From Candidatus Hydrogenedentota bacterium (GTDB lineage: Bacteria; Hydrogenedentota; Hydrogenedentia; Hydrogenedentales; SLHB01), in contig CAVUWV010000001.1 in assembly GCA_963745075.1 (NCBI GenBank), forward strand, positions 96,001 to 160,000: 64,000 bases of DNA, in the 5' to 3' direction. Below, in pieces: positions 1-11,087 of this stretch; the stretch's first letter is position 1; each line of letters begins with the position of its first letter. Below the pieces are notes generated by a model. That model saw nothing but the letters and a program-made list of their open reading frames with translations, was not told the DNA's origin and ran no database searches. Position numbers and translations under genes: made by a program.

Positions 1-1254
1 GGAGTCAAGGATGGAGCAGCCGGATATGTTCACGTAGCTGCTGTCGGCGACGCGCAAGCCGGGGATGCCGGGGTCAGTGATCTGACACCCGTTCAGCGTG
101 AACCGCTTGCACCGAAGTACCTCGATGGAGCCTTCCCGCTCGATGACGACCGGGGTGGACGGCACGGTGTGTTTCCCGGCGTATGAATCGCGGATGGCGG
201 AGCCGCTGAAAATGCAGTCCGTCGAGTCTTCGAACGTGATTCCCGTGGCCAGCGCGTTGGGCAGGTAGTCACGGTTGTGGTTGAAGCAATTGCCCGTGGC
301 GACGATATTGCGGCTGTTCCGGACGTGCAGGTTGCGCTGGTGCCCGCTGTAGATGAAGTTGCCGCTCAGCGTGATCCCATCGCACCGATCGAGCATCACG
401 TTGGATTCCTGGCTGCCGATCAGGTTGCCGGTGATAGACAACATGCCGACGCCGGCCTTGGTTTCGACGTCGCTGCCGATGAGCATGATGTTGGCGCCGC
501 CGGGCGAGTAGCGCGACTGGATCGTGTTGCTGACGATGGTGCCTTCGCGCATGGACGCCGCTTCTTCGGTGCACTCGATCCAGATCTCAGCGGACGGCGC
601 CGGATTCTCGCCCGCTTGCTGGTCGTAGTTGTATTCGATGTCGTTGCCCGTGATCTGGACGTTGCGCATCTGGCCCTGGAGGATCTTGATGCCGGACTGG
701 GCGTTGTAGCTGATGTGTGAACTGGCGATGATGACCTGGTGCAGGTTGACGTTGTCGAAGAACACGCCGATGCCGCGGTTGTGGTAGATGTGGCAGTGGG
801 AAATGAGCACGTTGCGCGCGCGTTGGCGGAAGTGGATCCCGTGCCGGAGTTCGCGCAGGAGGACCCCTTCGAAAGTGCTCTGCATCGTGCCTTCGAGGTA
901 CACGCCGTCCGCCTCCGCATGACGGCCTTCGATTTCGAGGTTCATCACGGTCGGCATGCGTTCACGGATCCAGACGCCGGGCTCGAAGCTGCTGGGTTCG
1001 GCGCTCTGCTCGTGGCTGCCGAGTATGCGGAACGCGGGACCCGCACCTTCCATGATGATCTTCGCCGTGCCGCCGGTACCGTTCAGGCAAACTCGCCCGG
1101 TCTTGGATTCGTCGAGGACGATGCCCTTGGTGATCCGATAATCGCCCGGCGGAAAGAGGATTTCGTTGGCCCCGTTCTCGACGGCATGTTGGATCGCGTT
1201 ACTATCATCGATTTCGCCATTCCCCGCGGCCCCAAAATCACGTACACTTCGCAT
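1..1254 (-). CDS. Right-handed parallel beta-helix repeat protein (pectate lyase superfamily-like), 3' end outside window
   Basis: Not in the ORF track because it runs off the window. Manual translation from ATG 1254 (RBS GGAGG) gives MRSVRDFGAAGNGEIDDSNAIQHAV...ILFPPGDYRIT (pectate_lyase_3-type N-terminus), then beta-helix repeats (ISHCHIYHN, ITGNDIEYN, ITGNLIG, LSGNFIY). Open to position 1. Confidence 0.85.
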   Translation of the reverse strand, partial: MRSVRDFGAAGNGEIDDSNAIQHAVENGANEILFPPGDYRITKGIVLDESKTGRVCLNGTGGTAKIIMEGAGPAFRILGSHEQSAEPSSFEPGVWIRERMPTVMNLEIEGRHAEADGVYLEGTMQSTFEGVLLRELRHGIHFRQRARNVLISHCHIYHNRGIGVFFDNVNLHQVIIASSHISYNAQSGIKILQGQMRNVQITGNDIEYNYDQQAGENPAPSAEIWIECTEEAASMREGTIVSNTIQSRYSPGGANIMLIGSDVETKAGVGMLSITGNLIGSQESNVMLDRCDGITLSGNFIYSGHQRNLHVRNSRNIVATGNCFNHNRDYLPNALATGITFEDSTDCIFSGSAIRDSYAGKHTVPSTPVVIEREGSIEVLRCKRFTLNGCQITDPGIPGLRVADSSYVNISGCSILDS

Positions 1255-1446
1255 GGAACGAGACCTCCGTTTCGTGGTTTGCCGATTGTCTTCGCAGTGT
1301 GGGGGATGCCGGCCGGCAAATCAAGACTGTCGACGACACGTGCGAACGAAGGGATCTTGGCGTAGTCCTGGACGTGCGCGACCCCACCTCGCTCTGCATC
1401 AATGATGTACAATCGCGCCATGTGAATTTGGATTCGAGATCGCACT

Positions 1447-3051
1447 ATGACCATGCCGGTGAAAAATACGATAGCCCGAAATACTGCGTTCAACGCTGCG
1501 GGGCGGCTTTGGGAGGCCGTAGCGGGGGTCGTGCTCCTGGCGTACGTCGTTCGCACGTTGGATCAAGCTGGTTACGGGATGTGGTCGTTACTGGGGCCGT
1601 TCCTGGGGTACGTCGCATTGCTGGATCTCGGCATTGGAAGCGGCTATGGAAAGTTCATCGCCGAGTACCGCGCGCGGCGTGAGGACGACCGCATCTCGGA
1701 CGTGGTGACCACCGGACTCTGCGCGTACGCACTGCTAGGGTTGGCGATCGTAGCGTTCGGATGGGCGTTTGTCGACCGCGCCGTTGATTGGGTCATCCGA
1801 CTTCAGGAGTACCGGGGCGCCGACGTGCCGCGAACCTGGGTGGTCGAGGACGTGCGATTCCTGTTTCGCTGGGGACTTGTCCTCATGGCCGTTTCCGGGT
1901 GCGTGAACGTGTTCTCGGCAATTCAAACCGGACTCCAGCGCATGGGCGTGACAAATGTCATCAGTTTTGTCATGTCCATAGTGAAGATCGCCGCAACCGT
2001 CTACTTTCTGGAATCCGGCTACGGCGTGCGCGGTTTGCTGTTTGCCAACGCGGTCGTCCTGATCCTCTTTGCGCCGGCCAGCATAGCAACCGGTTTCGCT
2101 CTACTCCCGTCGCTACGCGTTTCCCCGCGACACCTGAACATGGACGTTTTCGGGAGACTCTTCGGTTTTGGGTGGCGGACACAGGTTTCGCGCCTGTCCA
2201 ACCTCGTGACGTTTGAGACCGACATGATTGTAATTGGCCTCTTTCTTGGCGGTGTCGGGGCGGTCGGCGTCTATCAAGCCGGTGTCAATCTCGTCAACAA
2301 AGTGCGGCAAGCCCCCCTCGTGCTCTTGAGCGCATTGATTCCCGCGGCGTCCGAACTCGACGCACGCCGGGACGAGGAGCGCTTCGCCCAATTGTATCTG
2401 CGATCTACCAAATACGTTGCCGCGGTGGCCGTTCCGCTTTTCTGCTTGAGCTTCGGGCTGGCGGGGCCTATCGTTCGTACCATGTTCGGCCCCGGTTTCG
2501 AGACGGCTGCGTGGGTTGTCCGCATCCTCGCAATGGGGTATCTCGCCAACGTGCTGGCGGGTGCGGGAATCGCTCTGGCACTGGGAAAAGGGCGGCCAGA
2601 ACTCCAAATGCGAGCCGGGATCATCGCCATGGTCGTAAACGCGGCGCTCACGGTGGTCCTGTATCTTGCCATTGGTTTCTACGGCGTTCCCGTTGCGACC
2701 AGCGCAGCCATGGTTGTTGCCAGCCTTTGGTTCGTTTACCGGATGCGAAAGGAGACCCGCGTTTCGGTTCGCGAATTGGCGCGAACCGCGCTGGCGTGGC
2801 CCCTGCTCGCGATCGCGCCGGGCCTGGTGTTCTGCATCACCGCGGATTGGCAGACCCGAAACGTGGAAAGCTGGTTTCTGAATCTCCTCACCGTCGCCGC
2901 GGGTTCCGGGTGCGCGACGATCCCCTACCTATTGATTGTGCGGAACGCTCCGTATCTCGACGATTTCGATTGGCGGTTCCTGGAGGAGCATCTCTGGCTG
3001 CGGCATGTACCCTGGTTACGACCGATGGGCCGACACGGTGAACGATCATGA
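1447..3051 (+). CDS. Oligosaccharide flippase / polysaccharide biosynthesis transporter (Wzx-like, MOP superfamily)
   Basis: 534 aa, about 12-14 hydrophobic segments, N-terminal IARNTAFN...YGMWSLL...LLDLGIG and central TDMIVIGLFLGGVGAVGVYQAG motifs typical of Wzx-type flippases. Confidence 0.85.
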   Translation: MTMPVKNTIARNTAFNAAGRLWEAVAGVVLLAYVVRTLDQAGYGMWSLLGPFLGYVALLDLGIGSGYGKFIAEYRARREDDRISDVVTTGLCAYALLGLAIVAFGWAFVDRAVDWVIRLQEYRGADVPRTWVVEDVRFLFRWGLVLMAVSGCVNVFSAIQTGLQRMGVTNVISFVMSIVKIAATVYFLESGYGVRGLLFANAVVLILFAPASIATGFALLPSLRVSPRHLNMDVFGRLFGFGWRTQVSRLSNLVTFETDMIVIGLFLGGVGAVGVYQAGVNLVNKVRQAPLVLLSALIPAASELDARRDEERFAQLYLRSTKYVAAVAVPLFCLSFGLAGPIVRTMFGPGFETAAWVVRILAMGYLANVLAGAGIALALGKGRPELQMRAGIIAMVVNAALTVVLYLAIGFYGVPVATSAAMVVASLWFVYRMRKETRVSVRELARTALAWPLLAIAPGLVFCITADWQTRNVESWFLNLLTVAAGSGCATIPYLLIVRNAPYLDDFDWRFLEEHLWLRHVPWLRPMGRHGERS

Positions 3052-4925
3052 GCCGAGACCACGAACGAACGCCCATTTGGGCTTGGCTGATTATCCTCGT
3101 CTTAGCTTCGACAGAGCCTCTCGCGCACCTGTGGATTACATACGGGCTTCCCCCCGGAAGCGTGCCCACGGGTCTTCATGTTCCCGATACCGTCTGTTTC
3201 CGTGTATTCATGGATATGGTTGAGTCGGATTTCCATCTGCCGCAGGCGACGTGCAAAGCGCCGCATGGGGCAAACTTCATGGGCTATTTTGCGATGCCCT
3301 ACAGTTGGATCTACGGCGTCTTGGGTGCTGTCGGTCACGTCCTTGGACTCAATGATTTTCTTTTGCTCGGCTTCGCGAACGGAGCGGCTGGCGCGATATA
3401 TTTGTGGGTTGTATACCGATTCCTGAGACGGGCCGCCTCCCGATACGCGAATCTGGCCTTTGTCCTCTTCACCGTCGGCGGCGGATTGGGGGGGCTGTTG
3501 TACGTGATCACGGGGTTGTTGGGACTACACGGAGCCTCCTACTTTGAGGCAAATTTCGCCCGTTACGCGCTCTACGAACTCATCGAGGGACCCTGTCTTT
3601 CCCCAGTTCTCCAATTTCCCCGTCTCTATTATTGCGTCGGTTTCATCTTGTGTTACGGGGGCCTGATCGCGCTGATCAATGCCTGCCAGCGGTTCGTTGT
3701 GCGCCGTGTATGCGTACTTGTCCTGTTGATGTTCCTGGCCTCGTTTCTGCACGCACGGTTCGGTCCCCTCACATGGGTGATCGGAATGTTCTACTTGTAC
3801 ACGCAGGAAGACGTTTCCCCAAAGACGCGAACTGGATTGGCAGGCGCGATCACCGGAGCGACCTTCCTGGGTGTCGCCGCGAGCATGGGCCTCATGACGT
3901 TCAACCCCAGCTTCGTCGGGTCGACGACAAGCACCGTCCGGCAAGCCATGTGGCTCTTTCCATTCCTGAGCGCGGCATTCTTCTACATCGTTCTCGTACC
4001 TTGCGAAATCGGGTGCACGATGCGTCGTCTGCCGCGTATAGGCCGGGCATGTTGCTGGGGCGCTGTCGCGTACTTGGCCGCGTTCACGTTGCTCTACTTG
4101 GCCCATCAGGTCTACTGGGGCAACTATTGGAAAGGAGGCGAGCCCGAGGCAGCGCTATTCAGTTCGGACAAAGCCCTGGCCGGCGCGCTCGTGGGGTTTC
4201 TCCTGGGACTCACCCGGCGGTCCCGAAACCGATTGCCCGATACCGAGCTGGGCTGGGTTGTGCTTTGGTTTCTGGCGTTTCTGTGTTTCGCACTTTCGAC
4301 CTGGGGTCGCGGTTACATTCTTGGACTCTCCCCGCAACGGGCCATGGCGATGCTTGGAGTGCCGCTGGCGCTGTTGGCCGCGCACCGCGTTCACGTGCTG
4401 CGGATTCATCACCCCAAATTCGCCCGAGGCGTCGTCGCGGTCATCGTGACATGCGGAATCACGTCTATTGCGGTGAGCGCGACCTGTTTCCAGGGCCCGC
4501 TCTTCCATAGACCCGGCAAGGGACCGTTCGCCTGGCACCATGTCGAATCCATGACTCCGAACGACGCGGAAGTGCTCGAGTATCTGAACTCCGGCGTGGT
4601 GTTGTCGACACGACCACTCAGCAACGTCGTCGCCCTTCGGCCTGGGAACCAAGTGACACTTGGTGCCGCGACCGGACTGGGGGACCAAGTGTATGAAACG
4701 ATGGAGGAAGGCGTCGACCGGTTCTTTTCTCCCGACGCGGGACCCGAGTTTCGTGTCGACTATTTGAAGGAATGGTGTATCGACTACGTATTCTGCCCGG
4801 ATACTTTTCCGGTATCACCGGAGACCGTCCGGCAGCTTCGTCAAATGGATGAACTGGAAGTCGTCGCGGAAGCAGGGGACGCCGTGCTGTTTCGAACACG
4901 CGATACGGAGAGTGCCGGACCTTAG
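3048..4925 (+). CDS. Polytopic membrane protein, possibly GT-C-fold glycosyltransferase-like
   Basis: 625 aa with many TM segments and a soluble C-terminal domain ending LKEWCIDYVF. ATGA overlap with the flippase indicates coupling. Function is inference. Confidence 0.6.
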   Translation: MSRDHERTPIWAWLIILVLASTEPLAHLWITYGLPPGSVPTGLHVPDTVCFRVFMDMVESDFHLPQATCKAPHGANFMGYFAMPYSWIYGVLGAVGHVLGLNDFLLLGFANGAAGAIYLWVVYRFLRRAASRYANLAFVLFTVGGGLGGLLYVITGLLGLHGASYFEANFARYALYELIEGPCLSPVLQFPRLYYCVGFILCYGGLIALINACQRFVVRRVCVLVLLMFLASFLHARFGPLTWVIGMFYLYTQEDVSPKTRTGLAGAITGATFLGVAASMGLMTFNPSFVGSTTSTVRQAMWLFPFLSAAFFYIVLVPCEIGCTMRRLPRIGRACCWGAVAYLAAFTLLYLAHQVYWGNYWKGGEPEAALFSSDKALAGALVGFLLGLTRRSRNRLPDTELGWVVLWFLAFLCFALSTWGRGYILGLSPQRAMAMLGVPLALLAAHRVHVLRIHHPKFARGVVAVIVTCGITSIAVSATCFQGPLFHRPGKGPFAWHHVESMTPNDAEVLEYLNSGVVLSTRPLSNVVALRPGNQVTLGAATGLGDQVYETMEEGVDRFFSPDAGPEFRVDYLKEWCIDYVFCPDTFPVSPETVRQLRQMDELEVVAEAGDAVLFRTRDTESAGP

Positions 4926-5131
4926 CCCGGAATTCTGACACGCACCAAACGTCGAATCCGTAACCCCAAACCGCCCTGGAGCTTCGCGTGCCGGCCCGAG
5001 CGTTTTGGGTTCACGGAGCGCGTGCGAGAATTCCTCAACAGTGAGCCCACCGTTTTTCTCGAAAGCATTTCTCACCGCGTCCAAGGTACGGTCGGCAAGA
5101 CGACGACTTTCGGGGTGGTGAGAAATGCGGA
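4926..5131. mobile_element. Candidate ~206 bp MITE / IS scar
   Basis: TTAG on both sides (4922-4925 and 5132-5135). Imperfect terminal inverted repeats CCCGGAATTCTGAC vs revcomp TCCGCATTTCTCAC (10/14). Internal GCATTTCTCACC (5065-5076) is perfectly complementary to 5117-5128. Confidence 0.45.
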
Positions 5132-5205
5132 TTAGCCCCCGATCCGGCTCGCACCTGGTGCCGACACCGGGATCTCGACGCCAGTCGAAAAGAGTTTGGG
5201 TTGGT

Positions 5206-6021
5206 TCAGTGGTCGTCCACCGGGTTCTCGCCCAATAGCAGCCGCAGAACGGCATTGGCCTGATGATGGGCCGCCACGCCGACCCGCGGCGCCATGAGCC
5301 CCGTGCCGGGTTGCGCCGCCGTGACGAGATCGCCGATTACCGTGATGCCTTTCCCGAGCTTGCGCGTAACGACGGTGTTACTCGGGGCGTGGCCCGCAAG
5401 GCCAGTCGCCACGACGATGGGAACGTCCGGCCGGGAGCGCCGAAACGTTTCCGTCAGCATCGCTTTCTCTTCCGCCACGTCGAAGGCCTCAGCCAGGACG
5501 TCAACGTGCGCGAATATGCGCGAAACGTTTTTCGGCGTGAGGCGTTCGGTGTGCACTTCGAGTGATACGTACGGATTGATGCGCGCCAGATTTGCGCTCA
5601 AGGCCTGCGTCTTGACCATGCCGATCTGATCGATGAAATACTGTTGGCGGTTCAGATTGCTCGGTTCCACCACGTCGAAGTCCACCAGCACCAGTTTGCC
5701 CACACCGACCCGGGCTAAGGCTACGGCAATGGCCGAACCCAAGCCACCGAGCCCGGCGATACCGACGCTGGATTTCTTGAGCGTTCGGTGCACGCCCGGG
5801 GTGTGGCGCGCAGCCATCAAGGCTTCCATTTCATCTTGCGCGGGGGCTTCCCCGCGCCGGATGAACACGACCTCGTCCCCCTCGGAGAGCACGCAGTCGT
5901 GCCGCACGGGGGCGCCGTTCAAGACCACCACGTCCGCGTCGTGCTTCACGGCGTCGCGCAAGCCAAACAACGTGGCGCCATCTTCGAGGTCATAGGGCTT
6001 TTCAGACAACAGAATTCGCAT
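5206..6021 (-). CDS. thiF: Sulfur-carrier adenylyltransferase ThiF (family 2) with N-terminal ThiS-like ubiquitin domain
   Basis: Start moved to MRILL at 6021. N-terminal beta-grasp-like segment (DVVVLNG...LSEGDEVVFIRRG) followed by GIAGLGGLGS and DFDVVEPSNLNRQ E1/ThiF motifs. Confidence 0.88.
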   Translation of the reverse strand: MRILLSEKPYDLEDGATLFGLRDAVKHDADVVVLNGAPVRHDCVLSEGDEVVFIRRGEAPAQDEMEALMAARHTPGVHRTLKKSSVGIAGLGGLGSAIAVALARVGVGKLVLVDFDVVEPSNLNRQQYFIDQIGMVKTQALSANLARINPYVSLEVHTERLTPKNVSRIFAHVDVLAEAFDVAEEKAMLTETFRRSRPDVPIVVATGLAGHAPSNTVVTRKLGKGITVIGDLVTAAQPGTGLMAPRVGVAAHHQANAVLRLLLGENPVDDH

Positions 6022-6095
6022 CGTACGTTCCTTCTCGATGAGTGCAGCACCACGTACGATTGTACCAGACATTCGGTACGCGCGGCGTGATGTCG

Positions 6096-6125
6096 AAAAA
6101 AAGGACCCGCGAGACGCGGGTCCTT
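6096..6125 (-). terminator. Rho-independent terminator downstream of the minus-strand oxidoreductase
   Basis: Stem AAGGACCCGC / GCGGGTCCTT with a 5-nt loop, preceded by an A-run on + (U-tract on -), about 25 nt after the stop at 6149. Confidence 0.8.
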
Positions 6126-6148
6126 CACTCGGCACAGATGATAAAATA

Positions 6149-7483
<1,335 letters not shown>

Positions 7484-7683
7484 GGCTACCTCCGTTACAC
7501 ATTCGTCTAATGGATACACGCGCCGCAGATTGGCGCTCAGCCCCATCATGCTACTCCAAAAACAGCTCGAATTAAAGTGCGATTTGATTCGGTCGGCGGG
7601 GTGTGCGAGGCTCGCGTAAGGTGAGTGTCGTTTCGCCGCCTTGGGAGGGACTTCGCTATCGCGGTAATCGGCAGGGAGATACA

Positions 7684-10600
7684 ATGGTGCACGGTGCAAT
7701 TCTCAGTGCGGCGATCGCAATCGGCCTCGCGGGAAACCCGGTTTCCGCGAACGGATTTGCTCCATTACAGCCCAATCAATTGACGATTCGCGGCCGCGAC
7801 GCCCACCCCTGCGTCAGCTTGAATCCGGAAGACGTGAAACAAGCCAAGCAGCGCATCGAGCACGATGCCTGGGCGCGCAAGTTGCGCGACGGTATCATCG
7901 CGTCGGCGGACACGTGGCTGCGCGAATCCGACGCGTTCTGGCTGCGCTTTCTGCCCGAGCCGGGCGCTTGTTACGCCTACGGATTCACCGGCGATCCGAT
8001 TACGGGAACCTCCTTCGGGACCTGGGCGGGCGCCCGCTGCGACTGGGATCATCCCGGACAGGTGCGAAACACGGAGGGGCGATGGCTACCGGACGAGGAA
8101 TACCCGGACAGCGGCGAAGGATACGTCGCGCCCGACGGACGCATTCACTACTTCGTCGGCATCTTCAATGCCTGGGTCACCGAACAGTGGACCTTGAACG
8201 CCCTGCCCGCGCTTTCGCAAGCCTATCTTTTAACCGGTGACGAACGCTACGCCGACCGCGGCACCCTGTTGCTGGATGCCCTGGCGTCTATCTACTCCGA
8301 GTCGACGTCCGGTTCCTGGGATTATCCGAGCAACCCGCCCAGCGGCCGCTTTGCGCGTCCCTGGTACCAGGTGGCGCGAACGCTGGTGAAGTATGTTGAT
8401 CAGTATGACTTCCTGTACAACAGCCCATCCATGGACAAATCGTCGTTGCGCGACGGACTGACGCGGCGCGAAAATATCGAGCAACACCTGCTGTTGGACG
8501 GCGCGTATTACTGTTACCAACACAGCTTCGATGGGGCATTGCATAACGGTCACGCGGACTATCTGCGCGGCGCCCTCGCCGTCGGATGTGTGCTGGACGT
8601 ACCGGAGTACGTTGCGGCGGCGGTTGAAAGCCCTTTTTCCATCTACACGATGCTCGCCAACAATATCGACCGCGACGGGAGATATTACGAAACCGCGCTG
8701 GCGTATGCCATTCACGCGCGGTTGCTCTACCTGACCTTCGCGGATCCCCTGTACAACCTGCGGAGCGCCGAATATCCGGACGGCATCAATCTCTACGACG
8801 ATCCCCGCATGGAGGCGAGTCTGTTTCTGCCCGACCTCCAAGTGGAACTTGCCGGACGCCGGCCCAATTTCGGCGACAGCGCGCCGGACACAGTTTACCG
8901 AAAGCCACCGGAGCATCCGTTCTCGAAAACGGACTACCAGTTCCTGGAGCGCCTGTACGCGATGGCCTCCGATCCCGCAAAACGGGATGAGTACGGGAAA
9001 GCACTTCAATACCTGGCCGAGGACGATCTCAACCGGTTGCGAACGGAGAATCCGGACCAATGGCTGCTTTGGCACGCCGCCGAGCCGCCCACGGAACATG
9101 GTGAACTCACGCCTATCATCACGGCCCGCCTCCACGGTTCGTGGGTAGCCGGCACCAAAGGAATGGCACTCCTGCGCGGCGGCAAACAAGCCGCATTGGT
9201 CCGCTACGGGCCGAGTTTGAACCACGGCGATCCCGACGATTTGGGGTTGCTCTACTACGCGGACGGCTACGAGTCGAGCTACGACATCGGGTACGGCTTG
9301 GGCAGCACCCACGTGCACGTCGGGTGGGCGTCGAGCACGGCCAGCCATTGCCTCGTCACCGTGGACGAAACCAATCAGCTTCAAGGCGAAGGGTCGGGCG
9401 GAAGCTTGAACTTTTTTGGTTCCCTGCCCGGCGTGCAGGTCGTGGACGTGTCAAGCCCACTCAGTTACTCGGAGCAAGGCGTGACCGAATACCGCCGGAC
9501 CGTCGCGCTCGTGAATGTCGGCGGGTATCTCGTGGACATCTTTCGCGTGACCGGTGGCCGCCAGCACGACTACGGCTTTGGGAGCATCGGCACCGATCTC
9601 TCCATCGACGGGGTGCCGGAGTTGACGCCCCAGGAAGGCAGCCTCGCCGAAGGCTACGACTGGGGCCGTCAAATCGGCAATGACGGCGACATCAAAGGTT
9701 ATCCCAACAAACCCTATTGGAATCCGCCGCCCGGCAACGGGTACGGTTTCTTCTTTGACGTTCGCCGCGGCAAACCGGACCCGGTATGGTCGGGTACCTG
9801 GGACATCGCCGGGGACGTGCCGACCCGATTCCGCATGCTCATGCTGGGCGATCCGGGCGAAGCCATCGTCGCATCCGCGCCGGGGCTATATCCGACGAAG
9901 CCGCTGTCGAGCTACGTCATATCGCGCCGAATCGCAGACAGTGACAGCCCCCTGCAAAGTACTTTCATCGCAGTCTACGAGCCGTATCGGACCGATCCGT
10001 CGGATCCGCCCGATCGGACGACCGGCCCCGCGCCCATACTCGGTACCGTTCGCCGTGTCGGCGCCACTGCATTGGAAATCAACCGCCTGGATGGCGCCAT
10101 CGATCTGATCCTCTGCGGGTCCGCTCAAGTCGAAACATCCTACGGCTCGGTAACCTTCGACGGCGACTTCGGGTACCTCACCGGCGACGGCACGCACGTA
10201 AAGAGCGCGCAGTTGCTGGGCTGTGACCGTTTGGCCGTGGGAGACACTATCTTCGACGAAGGGCCAGCCGCTTTCGAGGCGAAAGTCGTGTCCGTGGACC
10301 CGGAAACCTGTGCGGTGGATGTGGACCAGACCGTTCCGGATGGCCTGGAACAATACATCGCCGTGTTCAGTAACCCTGCGTATTCACGAACGACCGCCTA
10401 TCATATTGCCACAGGACGTGGGAAGCGGCTGACCCTTCAAGGCAGTTCGCTCGTACTGGGAAAGGGACGCGTCCAGGAAATACGTGATGACAAGACCATC
10501 GTCAGCGACGTGACCCACGAATACGCGAAGACCGTCCGGGTCATGCGTTCCACCCGGTTCTTTGATGGCAAGCGCGTTGTCGGACCGAAGGGATCGGCCA

Positions 10601-10755
10601 CCCGCGTGCGCTCCACCATCCCCGGCACGCCCTTGATTCTCACCGTGGACGACGCGCACGCATTTCGTCAGGGTGACGTGTTTGAGTATGTGGACGTTTC
10701 TGAAGGCGATACCGTCCGAATCGCGCTCCCGCGCACGCACACGGCGCCAAACTGA
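7684..10755 (+). CDS. Heparinase II/III family polysaccharide lyase-like protein, secreted
   Basis: Signal peptide from MVHGAILSAAIAIGLAG. Helical domain with LHNGH, DGRYYETALAY and PNFGDS. Beta-sandwich with NHGDPDDLGL, HCLVTVD, YRRTVAL and VDIFRVTGG. Confidence 0.8.
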   Translation: MVHGAILSAAIAIGLAGNPVSANGFAPLQPNQLTIRGRDAHPCVSLNPEDVKQAKQRIEHDAWARKLRDGIIASADTWLRESDAFWLRFLPEPGACYAYGFTGDPITGTSFGTWAGARCDWDHPGQVRNTEGRWLPDEEYPDSGEGYVAPDGRIHYFVGIFNAWVTEQWTLNALPALSQAYLLTGDERYADRGTLLLDALASIYSESTSGSWDYPSNPPSGRFARPWYQVARTLVKYVDQYDFLYNSPSMDKSSLRDGLTRRENIEQHLLLDGAYYCYQHSFDGALHNGHADYLRGALAVGCVLDVPEYVAAAVESPFSIYTMLANNIDRDGRYYETALAYAIHARLLYLTFADPLYNLRSAEYPDGINLYDDPRMEASLFLPDLQVELAGRRPNFGDSAPDTVYRKPPEHPFSKTDYQFLERLYAMASDPAKRDEYGKALQYLAEDDLNRLRTENPDQWLLWHAAEPPTEHGELTPIITARLHGSWVAGTKGMALLRGGKQAALVRYGPSLNHGDPDDLGLLYYADGYESSYDIGYGLGSTHVHVGWASSTASHCLVTVDETNQLQGEGSGGSLNFFGSLPGVQVVDVSSPLSYSEQGVTEYRRTVALVNVGGYLVDIFRVTGGRQHDYGFGSIGTDLSIDGVPELTPQEGSLAEGYDWGRQIGNDGDIKGYPNKPYWNPPPGNGYGFFFDVRRGKPDPVWSGTWDIAGDVPTRFRMLMLGDPGEAIVASAPGLYPTKPLSSYVISRRIADSDSPLQSTFIAVYEPYRTDPSDPPDRTTGPAPILGTVRRVGATALEINRLDGAIDLILCGSAQVETSYGSVTFDGDFGYLTGDGTHVKSAQLLGCDRLAVGDTIFDEGPAAFEAKVVSVDPETCAVDVDQTVPDGLEQYIAVFSNPAYSRTTAYHIATGRGKRLTLQGSSLVLGKGRVQEIRDDKTIVSDVTHEYAKTVRVMRSTRFFDGKRVVGPKGSATRVRSTIPGTPLILTVDDAHAFRQGDVFEYVDVSEGDTVRIALPRTHTAPN

Positions 10756-10862
10756 CGAAGTACGCCGCGGTCTGCTAAGATACGGGCTCATTACGCAGGA
10801 ATTGGGAATGTCTTCTGGGTATTAAATTCACGTACACCTAAGCATGGGTGCACAGACTGGAG

Positions 10863-11023
10863 AACATCCACCTTGATCCCCCTTCAAAGGGGGAATTGAA
10901 AACGCCCAATTCGCGGTGCGTTTTGGATGATTGCAGATCCGGACGTAGATCCTGAGCTGCCGTGCGCACTCGAAATCCGGGATGCGCCTGCTTCCCCCTT
11001 TGAAGGGGGATCAAGGAGGATGT
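10863..11023. repeat. Palindromic MITE/REP-like element, copy 1 (CCCCCTTTGAAGGGGG family)
   Basis: Inverted arms 10863-10895 and 10992-11023, each containing the internal palindrome CCCCCTTCAAAGGGGG / CCCCCTTTGAAGGGGG. Confidence 0.85.
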
Positions 11024-11087
11024 GAATCCGGGTAAGTGTATCCCCATTGCGTTGTGTAAGGTCGCAACCGAGTTAACGGAGGGAATC

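Noticed and set aside
6022..6148. TPP riboswitch upstream of thiF
   Set aside because: Short leader containing only the upstream gene's terminator; no CTGAGA-type aptamer core seen.
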